In this document: positions 47,596 through 56,254 of the stretch, in pieces
How positions within the stretch are numbered: position 1 is the first letter of the stretch
Layout: each line of letters opens with the position of its first letter
Origin: an uncultured Ruminococcus sp.
GTDB taxonomy: Bacteria > Bacillota > Clostridia > Oscillospirales > Acutalibacteraceae
Length of the DNA stretch: 64,000 bases
Direction: 5' to 3'
Assembly (NCBI GenBank): GCA_944415425.1
Contig: CALYBP010000005.1
Location: 487 to 64,486, forward strand
Made by a program: the position numbers and the translations under genes
Notes under the pieces: generated by a model
What the model saw: the letters and a program-made list of their open reading frames with translations, nothing else
What the model was told of the DNA's origin: nothing
Database searches by the model: none

Positions 47596-48915
47596 ATGGC
47601 AGAGTTAAAATATGACAAAAAAACAGGCCGTTTGCTGTTCACAAAACAGATGAAAAAAGAATATACGATTCTTATGCCTAATATGGCTCCGATTCACTTT
47701 AAAATTCTGCGTAATGTATTTACGCATTACGGCTACAAATCGGAGCTTCTTGACACAACAGGTCCCGAGATTGCACAGACAGGGCTGAAATACGTTCACA
47801 ACGACACCTGCTATCCTGCCCTGCTTGTAATCGGACAGTTTATCCACGCGTTGCAAAGCGGAAAGTACGATGTGCATAAAACGGCGCTTATGATTACGCA
47901 GACAGGCGGCGGATGCCGTGCCTCAAACTACATTTTTCTTTTAAGAAAGGCTCTGAAAAAAGCCGGTTTTGAATTTGTCCCCGTAATATCACTTTCGTTC
48001 GGTATGGAGCATAACAGCGGATTTTCACTTACTATTCCGCTTATACGCAGGTTTGCGGCGGGTCTCGTTTACGGAGATCAGCTTATGCTTTTGTCAAACC
48101 AGACTAAGCCTTATGAGATAAACAAGGGCGAGAGCATGGCTCTTGTAGATGAATGGAGCGACAAAATTTCTCAGCTTCTCACAGAGGGAAAAGGGTATAC
48201 TCTTGAGGAAATTGATGATAATCTGCGCAAAATAACAAAATCATTTTCAAAAATAGAGGTTAATAAGATCCCAAAAGTAAAAGTAGGTATTGTCGGGGAG
48301 ATATATGTAAAATATTCAAAGATGGCAAATAACGGACTGGAGGATTTTTTGGCTGAACAGGGCTGTGAAGTTTGTGTACCGGGCATCATGGGTTTTGCCT
48401 CGTTTAAAATTGATAACAGACTTGAAGATATTAAGATGTTCGGCGGCAGCTCGATAAAGTATAAAGTATGCAAAATGCTGTTTAATTATATTACAAAGCT
48501 GGAGAGCCTTATGATTGACGCGGCAAAGGAATACGGTTTTGTGCCGCCGCATGAATACGCTCACACAAAAGAGCTTGTAAAGGGAGTAATTGGTTACGGC
48601 AGCAAAATGGGCGAGGGCTGGCTGCTTACGGCGGAGATGCTTGAGCTTGCGGAAACGGGCTATGAAAACATCGTGTGTACCCAGCCGTTCGGCTGTCTGC
48701 CCAATCACATAAACGGAAAGGGCGCTATAAGAAAGATTAAGGAAATTATGCCGAATGCAAACATAGTTACCATTGACTATGACCCGGGCGCACCTAAGGT
48801 CAATCAGGAAAACAGGATAAAGCTTATGCTTGCCGTAGGAAAAGAGGAACTTGAGAAGAAGCTGGCAAAACAAAAAGACGGCGAAAAAGAAGAGGATATT
48901 AAAAATAAGGAATAA
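47596..48915 (+). CDS. 2-hydroxyacyl-CoA dehydratase family partner protein
   Basis: NDTCYPA, QTGGGCRASNY, GEGWLL, QPFGCLPNH; adjacent to the activase. Confidence 0.82.
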   Translation: MAELKYDKKTGRLLFTKQMKKEYTILMPNMAPIHFKILRNVFTHYGYKSELLDTTGPEIAQTGLKYVHNDTCYPALLVIGQFIHALQSGKYDVHKTALMITQTGGGCRASNYIFLLRKALKKAGFEFVPVISLSFGMEHNSGFSLTIPLIRRFAAGLVYGDQLMLLSNQTKPYEINKGESMALVDEWSDKISQLLTEGKGYTLEEIDDNLRKITKSFSKIEVNKIPKVKVGIVGEIYVKYSKMANNGLEDFLAEQGCEVCVPGIMGFASFKIDNRLEDIKMFGGSSIKYKVCKMLFNYITKLESLMIDAAKEYGFVPPHEYAHTKELVKGVIGYGSKMGEGWLLTAEMLELAETGYENIVCTQPFGCLPNHINGKGAIRKIKEIMPNANIVTIDYDPGAPKVNQENRIKLMLAVGKEELEKKLAKQKDGEKEEDIKNKE

Positions 48916-49005
48916 CTAAAGCAACACCTCCTTTATTTAAAGACAATAAGGGAGGTTTTGCAAAAAGGGGATAAAATCGTTTTATTAAACAATAGGGGGA
49001 TTAAG

Positions 49006-49815
49006 ATGAGCGGAAAAAAGCAAGGCGTAAGAAAAAAGCTGAATTTCAGCGCAGTATTTAATGTGCGTGAGATGAAAGCTCACAAGATTACGACCGCTGT
49101 ATACTTTATAATCAGAACAATTCTTATAGCTATTATCGTATACGGTGCAATAAACGGAAACTGGGAAAATGTTATGACATGCACATTGTCGTTTTTGCTC
49201 CTGATGATTCCGTCATTTATTGAAAACAAGCTTAAAATTGACCTCCCCAATGTGATGGAAGTCATTATGATAGTATTTGTCTTCGCGGCGAATGTGCTCG
49301 GGGAACTGGGCGCGTTTTATGAAAAAATCCCGATATGGGACACCATGCTCCATACGCTTAATGGTTTTATATGCGCAGGAGTAGGATTTGGACTTATTGA
49401 TATTTTAAACCGTAATGAGAAAATAAAAATGAATTTGTCACCGCTTTTTGTGTGTTTGTTTTCGTTCTGCTTCTCTATGACCGTGGGAACGGTATGGGAG
49501 TTTTTTGAATTTGCGATGGATATGCTTTTTTCAAAGGATATGCAGAAGGATACGGTCATATATACAATAAATTCCTACCTTTTATCGGGAGATGAAAATA
49601 AGGTAACCACAATAAAGGGAATTACCGACACGGTGGTAAACGGACAAAGTCTCGGAATAAACGGGTATCTTGATATTGGACTTATTGATACAATGAAAGA
49701 TCTCATTGTTAATTTTGTGGGAGCTGTCGTGTTTAATATTGTCGGATTTTTCTATATAAAAAGCAGAGGTAAACATACAAAATTTGTCGAAAACTTTATA
49801 CCCCACAGAAAATGA
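49006..49815 (+). CDS. Conserved hypothetical membrane protein (DUF2238-like)
   Basis: Multi-TM; WDTMLH, VWEFFEF, LIDTMKDLIVN. Start moved to ATG 49006. Confidence 0.7.
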   Translation: MSGKKQGVRKKLNFSAVFNVREMKAHKITTAVYFIIRTILIAIIVYGAINGNWENVMTCTLSFLLLMIPSFIENKLKIDLPNVMEVIMIVFVFAANVLGELGAFYEKIPIWDTMLHTLNGFICAGVGFGLIDILNRNEKIKMNLSPLFVCLFSFCFSMTVGTVWEFFEFAMDMLFSKDMQKDTVIYTINSYLLSGDENKVTTIKGITDTVVNGQSLGINGYLDIGLIDTMKDLIVNFVGAVVFNIVGFFYIKSRGKHTKFVENFIPHRK

Positions 49816-50318
49816 CAGACCGTTCGGAGACGATTAATAAATTATTCTCCGCTGTTTGGTGGCTTTATAATAAATGCTGTGGCCACAAACAGAGTTGACA
49901 GAATTAAATATAATTTTTTAAAGAGTAGAGCGTATTTGGAAAAACCGTTATAATGGAATTTACTAAAACCGAAAACGGAGATCCGAATATGCTCTATTAA
50001 TATTTACCGAAAAGCTCTTAAATTGCAGGATATTAATACAGATAATATCTAAGAATTTGATAATAAATCCATATTTGCCTTCAATAAAACGTAAACACAT
50101 TAAGGTTTTTAAATGCAATGATTACGGATACAGAAACTTAAGTGTTTCCCAACAACATTTATATATTTTTTCTCATCAATTGCATAAACGGCGAAGGTTT
50201 TATTGGCTATCGCTTTTTCGTAAAAACTATTTCGCTTTTGGGTTATTCAACTATTGAAACAGAGCCTAAAAAGAAAAGCTGTTCTTTTCGAGATTACAGA
50301 AAGAACAGCAAAATAAAT

Positions 50319-51089
50319 TTAATATGTATATTGAATTTTTTCAGCTTTTGAAGATTGATATTTTTTAGATTCATACCAAATAACGAACTCAGCTTCTATT
50401 CTTGACGTATTACCTAATCGTGTTTTGATAGCTTCTTGAATTTCTTTATATTGTGGAATAGTACTATCACCAATTGCTTCATATTCTAAATTGCTCCAAA
50501 CAGGGAGATGATATTTACCCGAACGAGTTAATTTTCTTTTAGCCCTTTTATTATTTTCGATGTTGTCCCATATTTCTTTGTACCACGAAAAAAACCAATT
50601 TAAAATATAACTATCAAGAGCCATATGGCATGGTGCAAATCGGTCAATGTATTTATAAGCATCATCAAAGCAGTATAAATATTTGAATGTCATATTTACA
50701 ATTTTCTGAGCTTTTCCGTAAGTAGAATTAATTGATTTTTTATTGGCTTCTGTTAAGAGCTTCGCAAATTCGTTTTTAAATAGTAGACAAGTATCATTAT
50801 GCCATTTTTCAAAATCGTCAGTGCCCTTTTCCATATAATTTGCAAATTTAATTGCCAGTTTTTCAAATAAAATTTCTTTTTGATCTTTATTAATTTCTGA
50901 TTTCTCATTAACAAAGTCCGAATTTTCAAGTGTTCTTGGTGACATATCAAGATATGCCTTTTTTATTGCACATAAAATGTCGTCCTTGTTTAAAACACTC
51001 ATTGCAATTATTTCGGAATTTGGGTCAATATCTTTACCATACATCATTTCAAGTTTAAACGAACTTGCGTATTTTGCGTTATAAGTCAT
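50319..51089 (-). CDS. Hypothetical protein in an AT-rich patch
   Basis: Long ORF in clearly AT-rich DNA; motifs YGKAQKIVNMTFKYL and PCHMALDSYIL. Start uncertain (51113 or 51089). Confidence 0.6.
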   Translation of the reverse strand: MTYNAKYASSFKLEMMYGKDIDPNSEIIAMSVLNKDDILCAIKKAYLDMSPRTLENSDFVNEKSEINKDQKEILFEKLAIKFANYMEKGTDDFEKWHNDTCLLFKNEFAKLLTEANKKSINSTYGKAQKIVNMTFKYLYCFDDAYKYIDRFAPCHMALDSYILNWFFSWYKEIWDNIENNKRAKRKLTRSGKYHLPVWSNLEYEAIGDSTIPQYKEIQEAIKTRLGNTSRIEAEFVIWYESKKYQSSKAEKIQYTY

Positions 51090-51125
51090 ATTCTTCCTCT
51101 TTTCAACCAACATTAAGAATATAAG

Positions 51126-51163
51126 CGAAAAGCCATAAAACGAAATTGTTTTATGGCTTTTCG
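51126..51163 (-). terminator. Original terminator of the tRNA-Ser locus
   Basis: Perfect 16-bp stem CGAAAAGCCATAAAAC-GAAATT-GTTTTATGGCTTTTCG right after the CCA end of the fragment. Confidence 0.8.
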
Positions 51164-51164
51164 A

Positions 51165-51220
51165 TGGCGGAAGCGGTGGGATTCGAACCCACGAGCCCGT
51201 GAAGGCTACCTGATTTCGAG
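51165..51220 (-). tRNA. 3' half of tRNA-Ser(CGA), att-site remnant and not a complete tRNA
   Basis: Minus strand CTCGAAATCAGGTAGCCTTCACGGGCTCGTGGGTTCGAATCCCACCGCTTCCGCCA: CGA anticodon loop, long variable arm, T-arm, discriminator G, CCA. The 5' half is absent. Confidence 0.88.
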
Positions 51221-51473
51221 TTTTATCGTCGTCTGTTACTTACATAGTTTCTCCTGTCAGTTTCAGTCAGCCTTGTGCGCCCGCAAACCCGCATGAAATC
51301 TGGACTTTTTGAAAAAAGCCCGAAAATACTGAGGAATCGCCCATCGGTTCCAATCAGCGATTTTTCCGCTTTTGGAAAGAACTGCGGAAAGAACGGAAAG
51401 AACAAAAACAAAAAGGCAATACACGGACAGTTCGAATGCCGGCAAAGATTATCAAGATATGAGGTGTATTGTC

Positions 51474-52088
51474 ATGAAAGAAAACGCAATCAACTGGGAC
51501 GCCGTTCCCGATGTAATCACGAAGGATCAGCTGTATCGCATTTGCCACATCAGCAAATCCACCGCCCTGTACCTGCTCCAAAGTGGGAAAATCCCCTGCG
51601 AGTACACGGGCAGGAAAACCCGCTGCTACAAAATCAAAAAGGAAGATGTGATTGCCTATCTGGAAAACAGCAAGGTGTTCCCTGAAAGCTACTCTGCCCC
51701 GGCGGGCTGGTACAAGGGCGATTATACTGTCCGGATGGAGGAACAGGTGCCCCCAATCGTGCGGGAGCATTTACGGCTGTATTATACTGAGCTGCTCTCC
51801 GGCTATCCCGATGTGCTGAGCACCCAGACGGTCTCCAAAATCACCGGCTACGGAAAAACTTCAATCAACAACTGGTGCAATCAGGGGCACATCAAGTCTT
51901 TCCAGAAAAATAATGTCAACCACATTCCGAAGGTCTATTTGGTGGAGTTCTTTTGTTCTACCTACTTTCGCACCATCACCCGCAAATCACCTTGGCACAT
52001 CCGCACCCTGCAAGGCTTTTCAAGCTGGCGGAAAATCCGTGACCTGCACATAGCAGACAGCGAAGGAGGTGCGGAGAAAAAATATTAA
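51474..52088 (+). CDS. Tandem helix-turn-helix (HTH_17/excisionase-like) protein
   Basis: Two units: PDVITKDQLYRICHISKSTALYLLQSGKIP and PDVLSTQTVSKITGYGKTSINNWCNQGHI. Start ATG 51474 follows GAGGTG. Confidence 0.75.
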   Translation: MKENAINWDAVPDVITKDQLYRICHISKSTALYLLQSGKIPCEYTGRKTRCYKIKKEDVIAYLENSKVFPESYSAPAGWYKGDYTVRMEEQVPPIVREHLRLYYTELLSGYPDVLSTQTVSKITGYGKTSINNWCNQGHIKSFQKNNVNHIPKVYLVEFFCSTYFRTITRKSPWHIRTLQGFSSWRKIRDLHIADSEGGAEKKY

Positions 52089-52129
52089 AGTATCAGCCGC
52101 CCCTTTCGAGGCGGCTGATACTTTAATAT
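52082..52129. terminator. Bidirectional terminator
   Basis: Perfect 20-bp stem ATATTAAAGTATCAGCCGCC-N8-GGCGGCTGATACTTTAATAT between convergent genes. Confidence 0.8.
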
Positions 52130-52138
52130 GAAAGCACG

Positions 52139-52306
52139 TTATTCTTCGTTCTCCCACGAAGAAACTATGTGCAGTTCTCCGGAATCCACTTCCAGCGCCA
52201 TGTTGTCTCCTAAACGCATCATCATATTTCCGTCGGAATCAAATCCCAAAGAAGATGTAGAAAAGATAAAATCACCGTCATTGTAGTCAAAAACACTTTT
52301 TCCCAT
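52139..52306 (-). CDS. Small acidic hypothetical protein (55 aa), below the ORF-track cutoff
   Basis: Manual translation MGKSVFDYNDGDFIFSTSSLGFDSDGNMMMRLGDNMALEVDSGELHIVSSWENEE; AGGAG RBS upstream; ends at the shared terminator. Confidence 0.65.
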   Translation of the reverse strand: MGKSVFDYNDGDFIFSTSSLGFDSDGNMMMRLGDNMALEVDSGELHIVSSWENEE

Positions 52307-52312
52307 ATTTGG

Positions 52313-52357
52313 CTCCTAAGCGAAAGGTCGGGGGTTCGAATCCCTTTTGGCACGCCA
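52313..52357 (+). tRNA. 3' half of tRNA-Arg(CCT), second att-site remnant
   Basis: CTCCTAA-GCGAA-AGGTC-GGGGG-TTCGAAT-CCCTT-TTGGCAC-G-CCA; no 5' half upstream. Confidence 0.8.
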
Positions 52358-52431
52358 AGAACTCCGCCGAAAAAACCCAGCAAAAGGCAGGCTCACATAA
52401 GGATATTTTCAAAAAGTGACCAATTGAGAGC

Positions 52432-52478
52432 AGCACAACGCCACAGAGTTTTAAAGCTCTGTGGCGTTGTGCTTTTTT
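52432..52478. terminator. Strong bidirectional terminator at the end of the K+ operon
   Basis: AGCACAACGCCACAGAG-N-CTCTGTGGCGTTGTGCT, 17-bp perfect stem with a T run. Confidence 0.8.
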
Positions 52479-52582
52479 ATAGCTAACAGGAAAATGAGTC
52501 CGTACTAAGCAATATTCAGCCCTTCAATTCCGAAAAGATTTTCTATTGCATATCGGTTCAAATCCTTGTTTTCTCGCTTTTC

Positions 52583-53284
52583 TCAGTCTACCCGCAGCAT
52601 ACGGTAACCGACGCCGATATGCGTCTGAATGTATTGCGGACTGTCCTTTTGCGGCTCCAGCTTTTTGCGCAGGGTCGCCATAAACACCCGCAGAGAAGCA
52701 ATATCGTTTTCCCAGCTGCTGCCCCAAATCTGCTGCGTGATATAGGTGTGCGTCAGCACCTTTCCGACATTATGAGAGAGCAAACACAAAAGCTTGTATT
52801 CAATCGGGGTCAGGTGCAATTCCTCCCCATTTAGATAAGCGCAGCCAGCGGCATAATCGATTTTAAGCTTGCCGTTTTGGAAAACGGGTGAGTCGGCGTC
52901 GCCGCTTGCTTGAAGCAGCAGCAGCCGTCTTTGCGTGACCCGAAGGCGTGCCAAAAGCTCCTCTACGGAAAAGGGCTTTGTCAGATAGTCGTCCGCCCCG
53001 GCATCCAGTGCCGTGATTTTGTCTTTATCCTCGCTGCGCGCACTGATCACAATAATGGGCATATTTGACCATGAGCGGATGCTTTCGATCACCTGTGTGC
53101 CGTCGATATCCGGCAGCCCCAGATCCAGCAGAACGATATCCGGGTTATGGGAGGTCGCTTCTATAATAGCGCTGTGTCCGTTCTCCGCGGTCAGGTAGTG
53201 GTAATCGTGAGCCTTTAGCGTTGTTACGATCAGATTGCGGATGGGGCGGTCGTCCTCCACGACGAGTACAAGGGGTTTATTCAT
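52583..53284 (-). CDS. kdpE: OmpR-family response regulator KdpE
   Basis: VVEDD, LLDLGLPD, DAGADDYLTKPF, LTPIEYKLL, LRVFMATLRKKLE, THIGVGYR. Confidence 0.9.
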   Translation of the reverse strand: MNKPLVLVVEDDRPIRNLIVTTLKAHDYHYLTAENGHSAIIEATSHNPDIVLLDLGLPDIDGTQVIESIRSWSNMPIIVISARSEDKDKITALDAGADDYLTKPFSVEELLARLRVTQRRLLLLQASGDADSPVFQNGKLKIDYAAGCAYLNGEELHLTPIEYKLLCLLSHNVGKVLTHTYITQQIWGSSWENDIASLRVFMATLRKKLEPQKDSPQYIQTHIGVGYRMLRVD

Positions 53285-55262
53285 TCAGAGTCACCTCGCT
53301 GAGCGGTAAAGTAAATGTAAATATGCAGCCGTGCGGTACATTATCCGTAAGCGTCAGCGTTCCGCCGTGCAGCTCTACGATAGATTTACACAGGGTAAGC
53401 CCGATCCCGAAGCTTCTGCGGCTGTCTGCGACGGTATTTTTTCCGGTGTAAAACATCTCAAAAATATGCGGTTTCATATCGTCTGCAATTCCGTTTCCGT
53501 TATCGGTGACTCGGATCACGGCATCCCCGCCCTGTTTTTCCGCACTTACGCAGATCTCGGAGCCTTGTTCGGTATATTTCAAAGCATTATCAATAAGGTT
53601 GACAATGACCTGCACGATAAGCTGTGCGTCCATACGGGCAAGGATCAGATCGTCGCACCTTACCGTCACCTTGTGTCCGACAGATTTTTTCTTCAAATGC
53701 GAAACGGCTTCGTTGACCACTTCGTCCACAAGCTGGTCGGTAAGCTCCAGCTTCAGGCGTCCGTCATTCAGCCGTGTAACATACAGCAAATTTTCCACCA
53801 CGCCGATCAGCCATTCAGAATCGTCATAAATATCTTTATAGATCTGCTGCTTGGTTGCTTCGTCCAGGCAGTTTCCGTTATGCAAAAGCGTGTCCGCATT
53901 ACCCGAAACGGAGCAAAGCGGCGTGCGCAGATCGTGTGAGATAGACCGCAAAAGGTCGGCGCGCAGCTGCTCGCTTTTTGCAAGATCTGCCGCCCGTTCC
54001 TTTTCGGCGGCGTTGTGAGCATTATCCATTGCCAGCGCACATTCGTTCACAACCGACAGTACGATACTGCTCTCAAATGAATCGGGCTTTTCGGGTTTCA
54101 TCGGTATCCCAATTACGCCGTAGACTCTGCCGCCTGCACGGATAGCAAGATAAAGACATTCGGATTTTCCAAACTGTGCTGTCGCTGCTCCTGCACGGCG
54201 ACCGTTTTGAAGCACCCATTCTGCGGTCTGCCGCTCTGCATCGTTTAGCAGCTTTTCAGCGTGTGTATCCTTTTTTTCGGCATACAGCCGCCCGGACAAC
54301 ATTCCGTTTTCGCCTTTCGTATAGGCAACAATACTGCGGTCAAGCAGCCGCGAGAGCTGCATACAGGTCACGCTTAAAACAGCATCGTTGCTTTTTGCTT
54401 TTTGCAGCAGACGGTCAGTGTCAAACAGCACCTGCACACGGAACGCAGAGCGAGCCGAGAGCCTTGCATGATCTTTCAGCTTCGAGGCAAGCGTGCCGGT
54501 GAGAACGGAAGACGCCAGCATAACTGCAAAGGTAACAGGATAGCCTACGGCATAGGTCTGAAAGGACAACCTGGGTTCGGTAAGGAAAAATCCGAACAAT
54601 ACAACACTTAGAAGTGAGCCTGCCATACTGCAAAAGTATCCTTTGGTCAAAACGGAGATCATCAGCACACCTAGGATGTATACCGTAACGATATTGGTAT
54701 CGGGAAAGTCGAGATGGTCGAACAGAAACCCGATCGCCGTACATACGGCAAGCACAAGGACGGTCACGGCAATATCCCGCAGCGACGGTATCTCTGCACC
54801 AAAGAACAGACGGCGTCTGTGCGACTTTGTGTAGTTCAGTGCGTCGGGAATAATATGAATGTCAACATCGGGGGCGGAGGAGATCAGCTTTTCGGTGAGA
54901 GTCGGTCTTCCGAACAGCCCTCTGCGTCTGGCACTGCTTTGCCCGATCATGATTTTTGTGACATCGGAAAGCCTGACATATTCCGAGATCTGCAGCGCTA
55001 CATCCTCGCCGTGCGTCATAACGATCTCGGCGCCGAGCCTTTGCGCGAGCTGTATGTTCTGCGAAAGCCGGGACTGATCCTCATCATTTATGACCATATC
55101 CGTCTGCACATAGATGGCGGTAAATCTTGCATGAAGGACCTTAGCCATCTTTGCGGCGGTGTGTATGATCCTTGCATTGGACGGCGAAGAGGATAGGCAG
55201 ACAAGGATATGCTCGTCTGTATCGAATTTTGACTGTTCGGTTTGTACTTTCACCGGTTTCAC
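53277..55262 (-). CDS. kdpD: KdpD-type sensor histidine kinase (USP-DUF4118-GAF-HisKA-HATPase; lacks the N-terminal KdpD ATP-binding domain)
   Basis: USP domain at the N-terminus, 4 TM, LLRSISHDLRTPL, NLIDNALKY, DNGNGI, GIGLTLC. Confidence 0.88.
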   Translation of the reverse strand: MKPVKVQTEQSKFDTDEHILVCLSSSPSNARIIHTAAKMAKVLHARFTAIYVQTDMVINDEDQSRLSQNIQLAQRLGAEIVMTHGEDVALQISEYVRLSDVTKIMIGQSSARRRGLFGRPTLTEKLISSAPDVDIHIIPDALNYTKSHRRRLFFGAEIPSLRDIAVTVLVLAVCTAIGFLFDHLDFPDTNIVTVYILGVLMISVLTKGYFCSMAGSLLSVVLFGFFLTEPRLSFQTYAVGYPVTFAVMLASSVLTGTLASKLKDHARLSARSAFRVQVLFDTDRLLQKAKSNDAVLSVTCMQLSRLLDRSIVAYTKGENGMLSGRLYAEKKDTHAEKLLNDAERQTAEWVLQNGRRAGAATAQFGKSECLYLAIRAGGRVYGVIGIPMKPEKPDSFESSIVLSVVNECALAMDNAHNAAEKERAADLAKSEQLRADLLRSISHDLRTPLCSVSGNADTLLHNGNCLDEATKQQIYKDIYDDSEWLIGVVENLLYVTRLNDGRLKLELTDQLVDEVVNEAVSHLKKKSVGHKVTVRCDDLILARMDAQLIVQVIVNLIDNALKYTEQGSEICVSAEKQGGDAVIRVTDNGNGIADDMKPHIFEMFYTGKNTVADSRRSFGIGLTLCKSIVELHGGTLTLTDNVPHGCIFTFTLPLSEVTLNE

Positions 55263-55321
55263 CGCCCTTTTTATTTTATTTTATTATTATACAGTAAAAC
55301 TGTAAAAAAATCTACCGCAAC

Positions 55322-55582
55322 CTAAAAATCATTCTTCTGCCCATCGGAAAGAATAATATCGACATTTCCGTGCGTTTCACGAAAACGGCGGATCTCACAT
55401 AATATTTCACTTTCGGACAGTCCATGCGGCAGCAGGACTTTGGAAGGCTCGCAGGATTCGTTTTCCTTTAACAGTGCCTTTCTGTTTTCTTCAAGAAATC
55501 GATCCAGCCTGCTCATAAGATAAAATCCGAAAACAAATACGGCAAGCAGGCTGACAATCAGCAATAGCTCAGCCATCCTCAT
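55322..55582 (-). CDS. Small single-TM hypothetical protein
   Basis: N-terminal TM; sits in the operon between trkA and kdpD. Confidence 0.6.
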   Translation of the reverse strand: MRMAELLLIVSLLAVFVFGFYLMSRLDRFLEENRKALLKENESCEPSKVLLPHGLSESEILCEIRRFRETHGNVDIILSDGQKNDF

Positions 55583-55591
55583 TCACCTCTG

Positions 55592-56239
55592 TTAAATGCG
55601 AAAACACTTTTGCAGTTCTTTGTAAGCACCGAGAACCAAAAGAGTGATCTTGTCCGTAAAAACGGTTTCCGGTGAAACTGCCATATTGATTTTTCCGTTC
55701 TCCTTGGTTGCCATAATATTGATGCTGTATTTTCTGCGGATATCCAGTTCTCCGACGGTTTTGCCGATCCATCCCTTCGGCACCTCTACCTCAAAAATGG
55801 CATGAGCCTCACCAACCTCAATGTAATCCCGAATGTGGTCGGCGGTGTACCGAATGGCAGCCCAATTTGCTACCTGTTTTTCCGGGTAAATGACCTCGTC
55901 CGCTCCGTTCCGCAGAAGGAATTTTTCCTGCACATCACGCTCGGCACGGGATACAACTAATTTTGCGCCGAGTTCTTTCAGCAAAGAAGTGGTTTCCAGC
56001 GAGTTTTGAAAATTTCCGCCGATGGTGACAATGCACACATCAAAGTTTCCGATGCCGAGCGACCTTAAAAACTCCGTATTTGTGCTGTCGCCGATCTGTG
56101 CATTGGTGACGATCGGCAGACTTTCATTGACTCTTTCTTCGTTGATGTCTACCGCCATCACCTCGTGTCCGATCTTATTCAGCTGCAAAGCAATATGCTT
56201 ACCGAATCTGCCGAGACCTATTAACAATATGTTTTTCAT
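55592..56239 (-). CDS. trkA: TrkA/KtrA RCK potassium-uptake regulatory subunit
   Basis: IGLGRFG Rossmann motif; RCK_N and RCK_C. Confidence 0.9.
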   Translation of the reverse strand: MKNILLIGLGRFGKHIALQLNKIGHEVMAVDINEERVNESLPIVTNAQIGDSTNTEFLRSLGIGNFDVCIVTIGGNFQNSLETTSLLKELGAKLVVSRAERDVQEKFLLRNGADEVIYPEKQVANWAAIRYTADHIRDYIEVGEAHAIFEVEVPKGWIGKTVGELDIRRKYSINIMATKENGKINMAVSPETVFTDKITLLVLGAYKELQKCFRI

Positions 56240-56254
56240 AATATAGTAACTCCT

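Noticed and set aside
51275-51770. 136-aa (+) and 138-aa (-) ORFs overlapping the HTH gene
   Set aside because: Alternative frames without motifs or an RBS.
51165-52357. Two functional tRNA genes
   Set aside because: Both lack acceptor 5' strand and D-arm; they are att remnants only.
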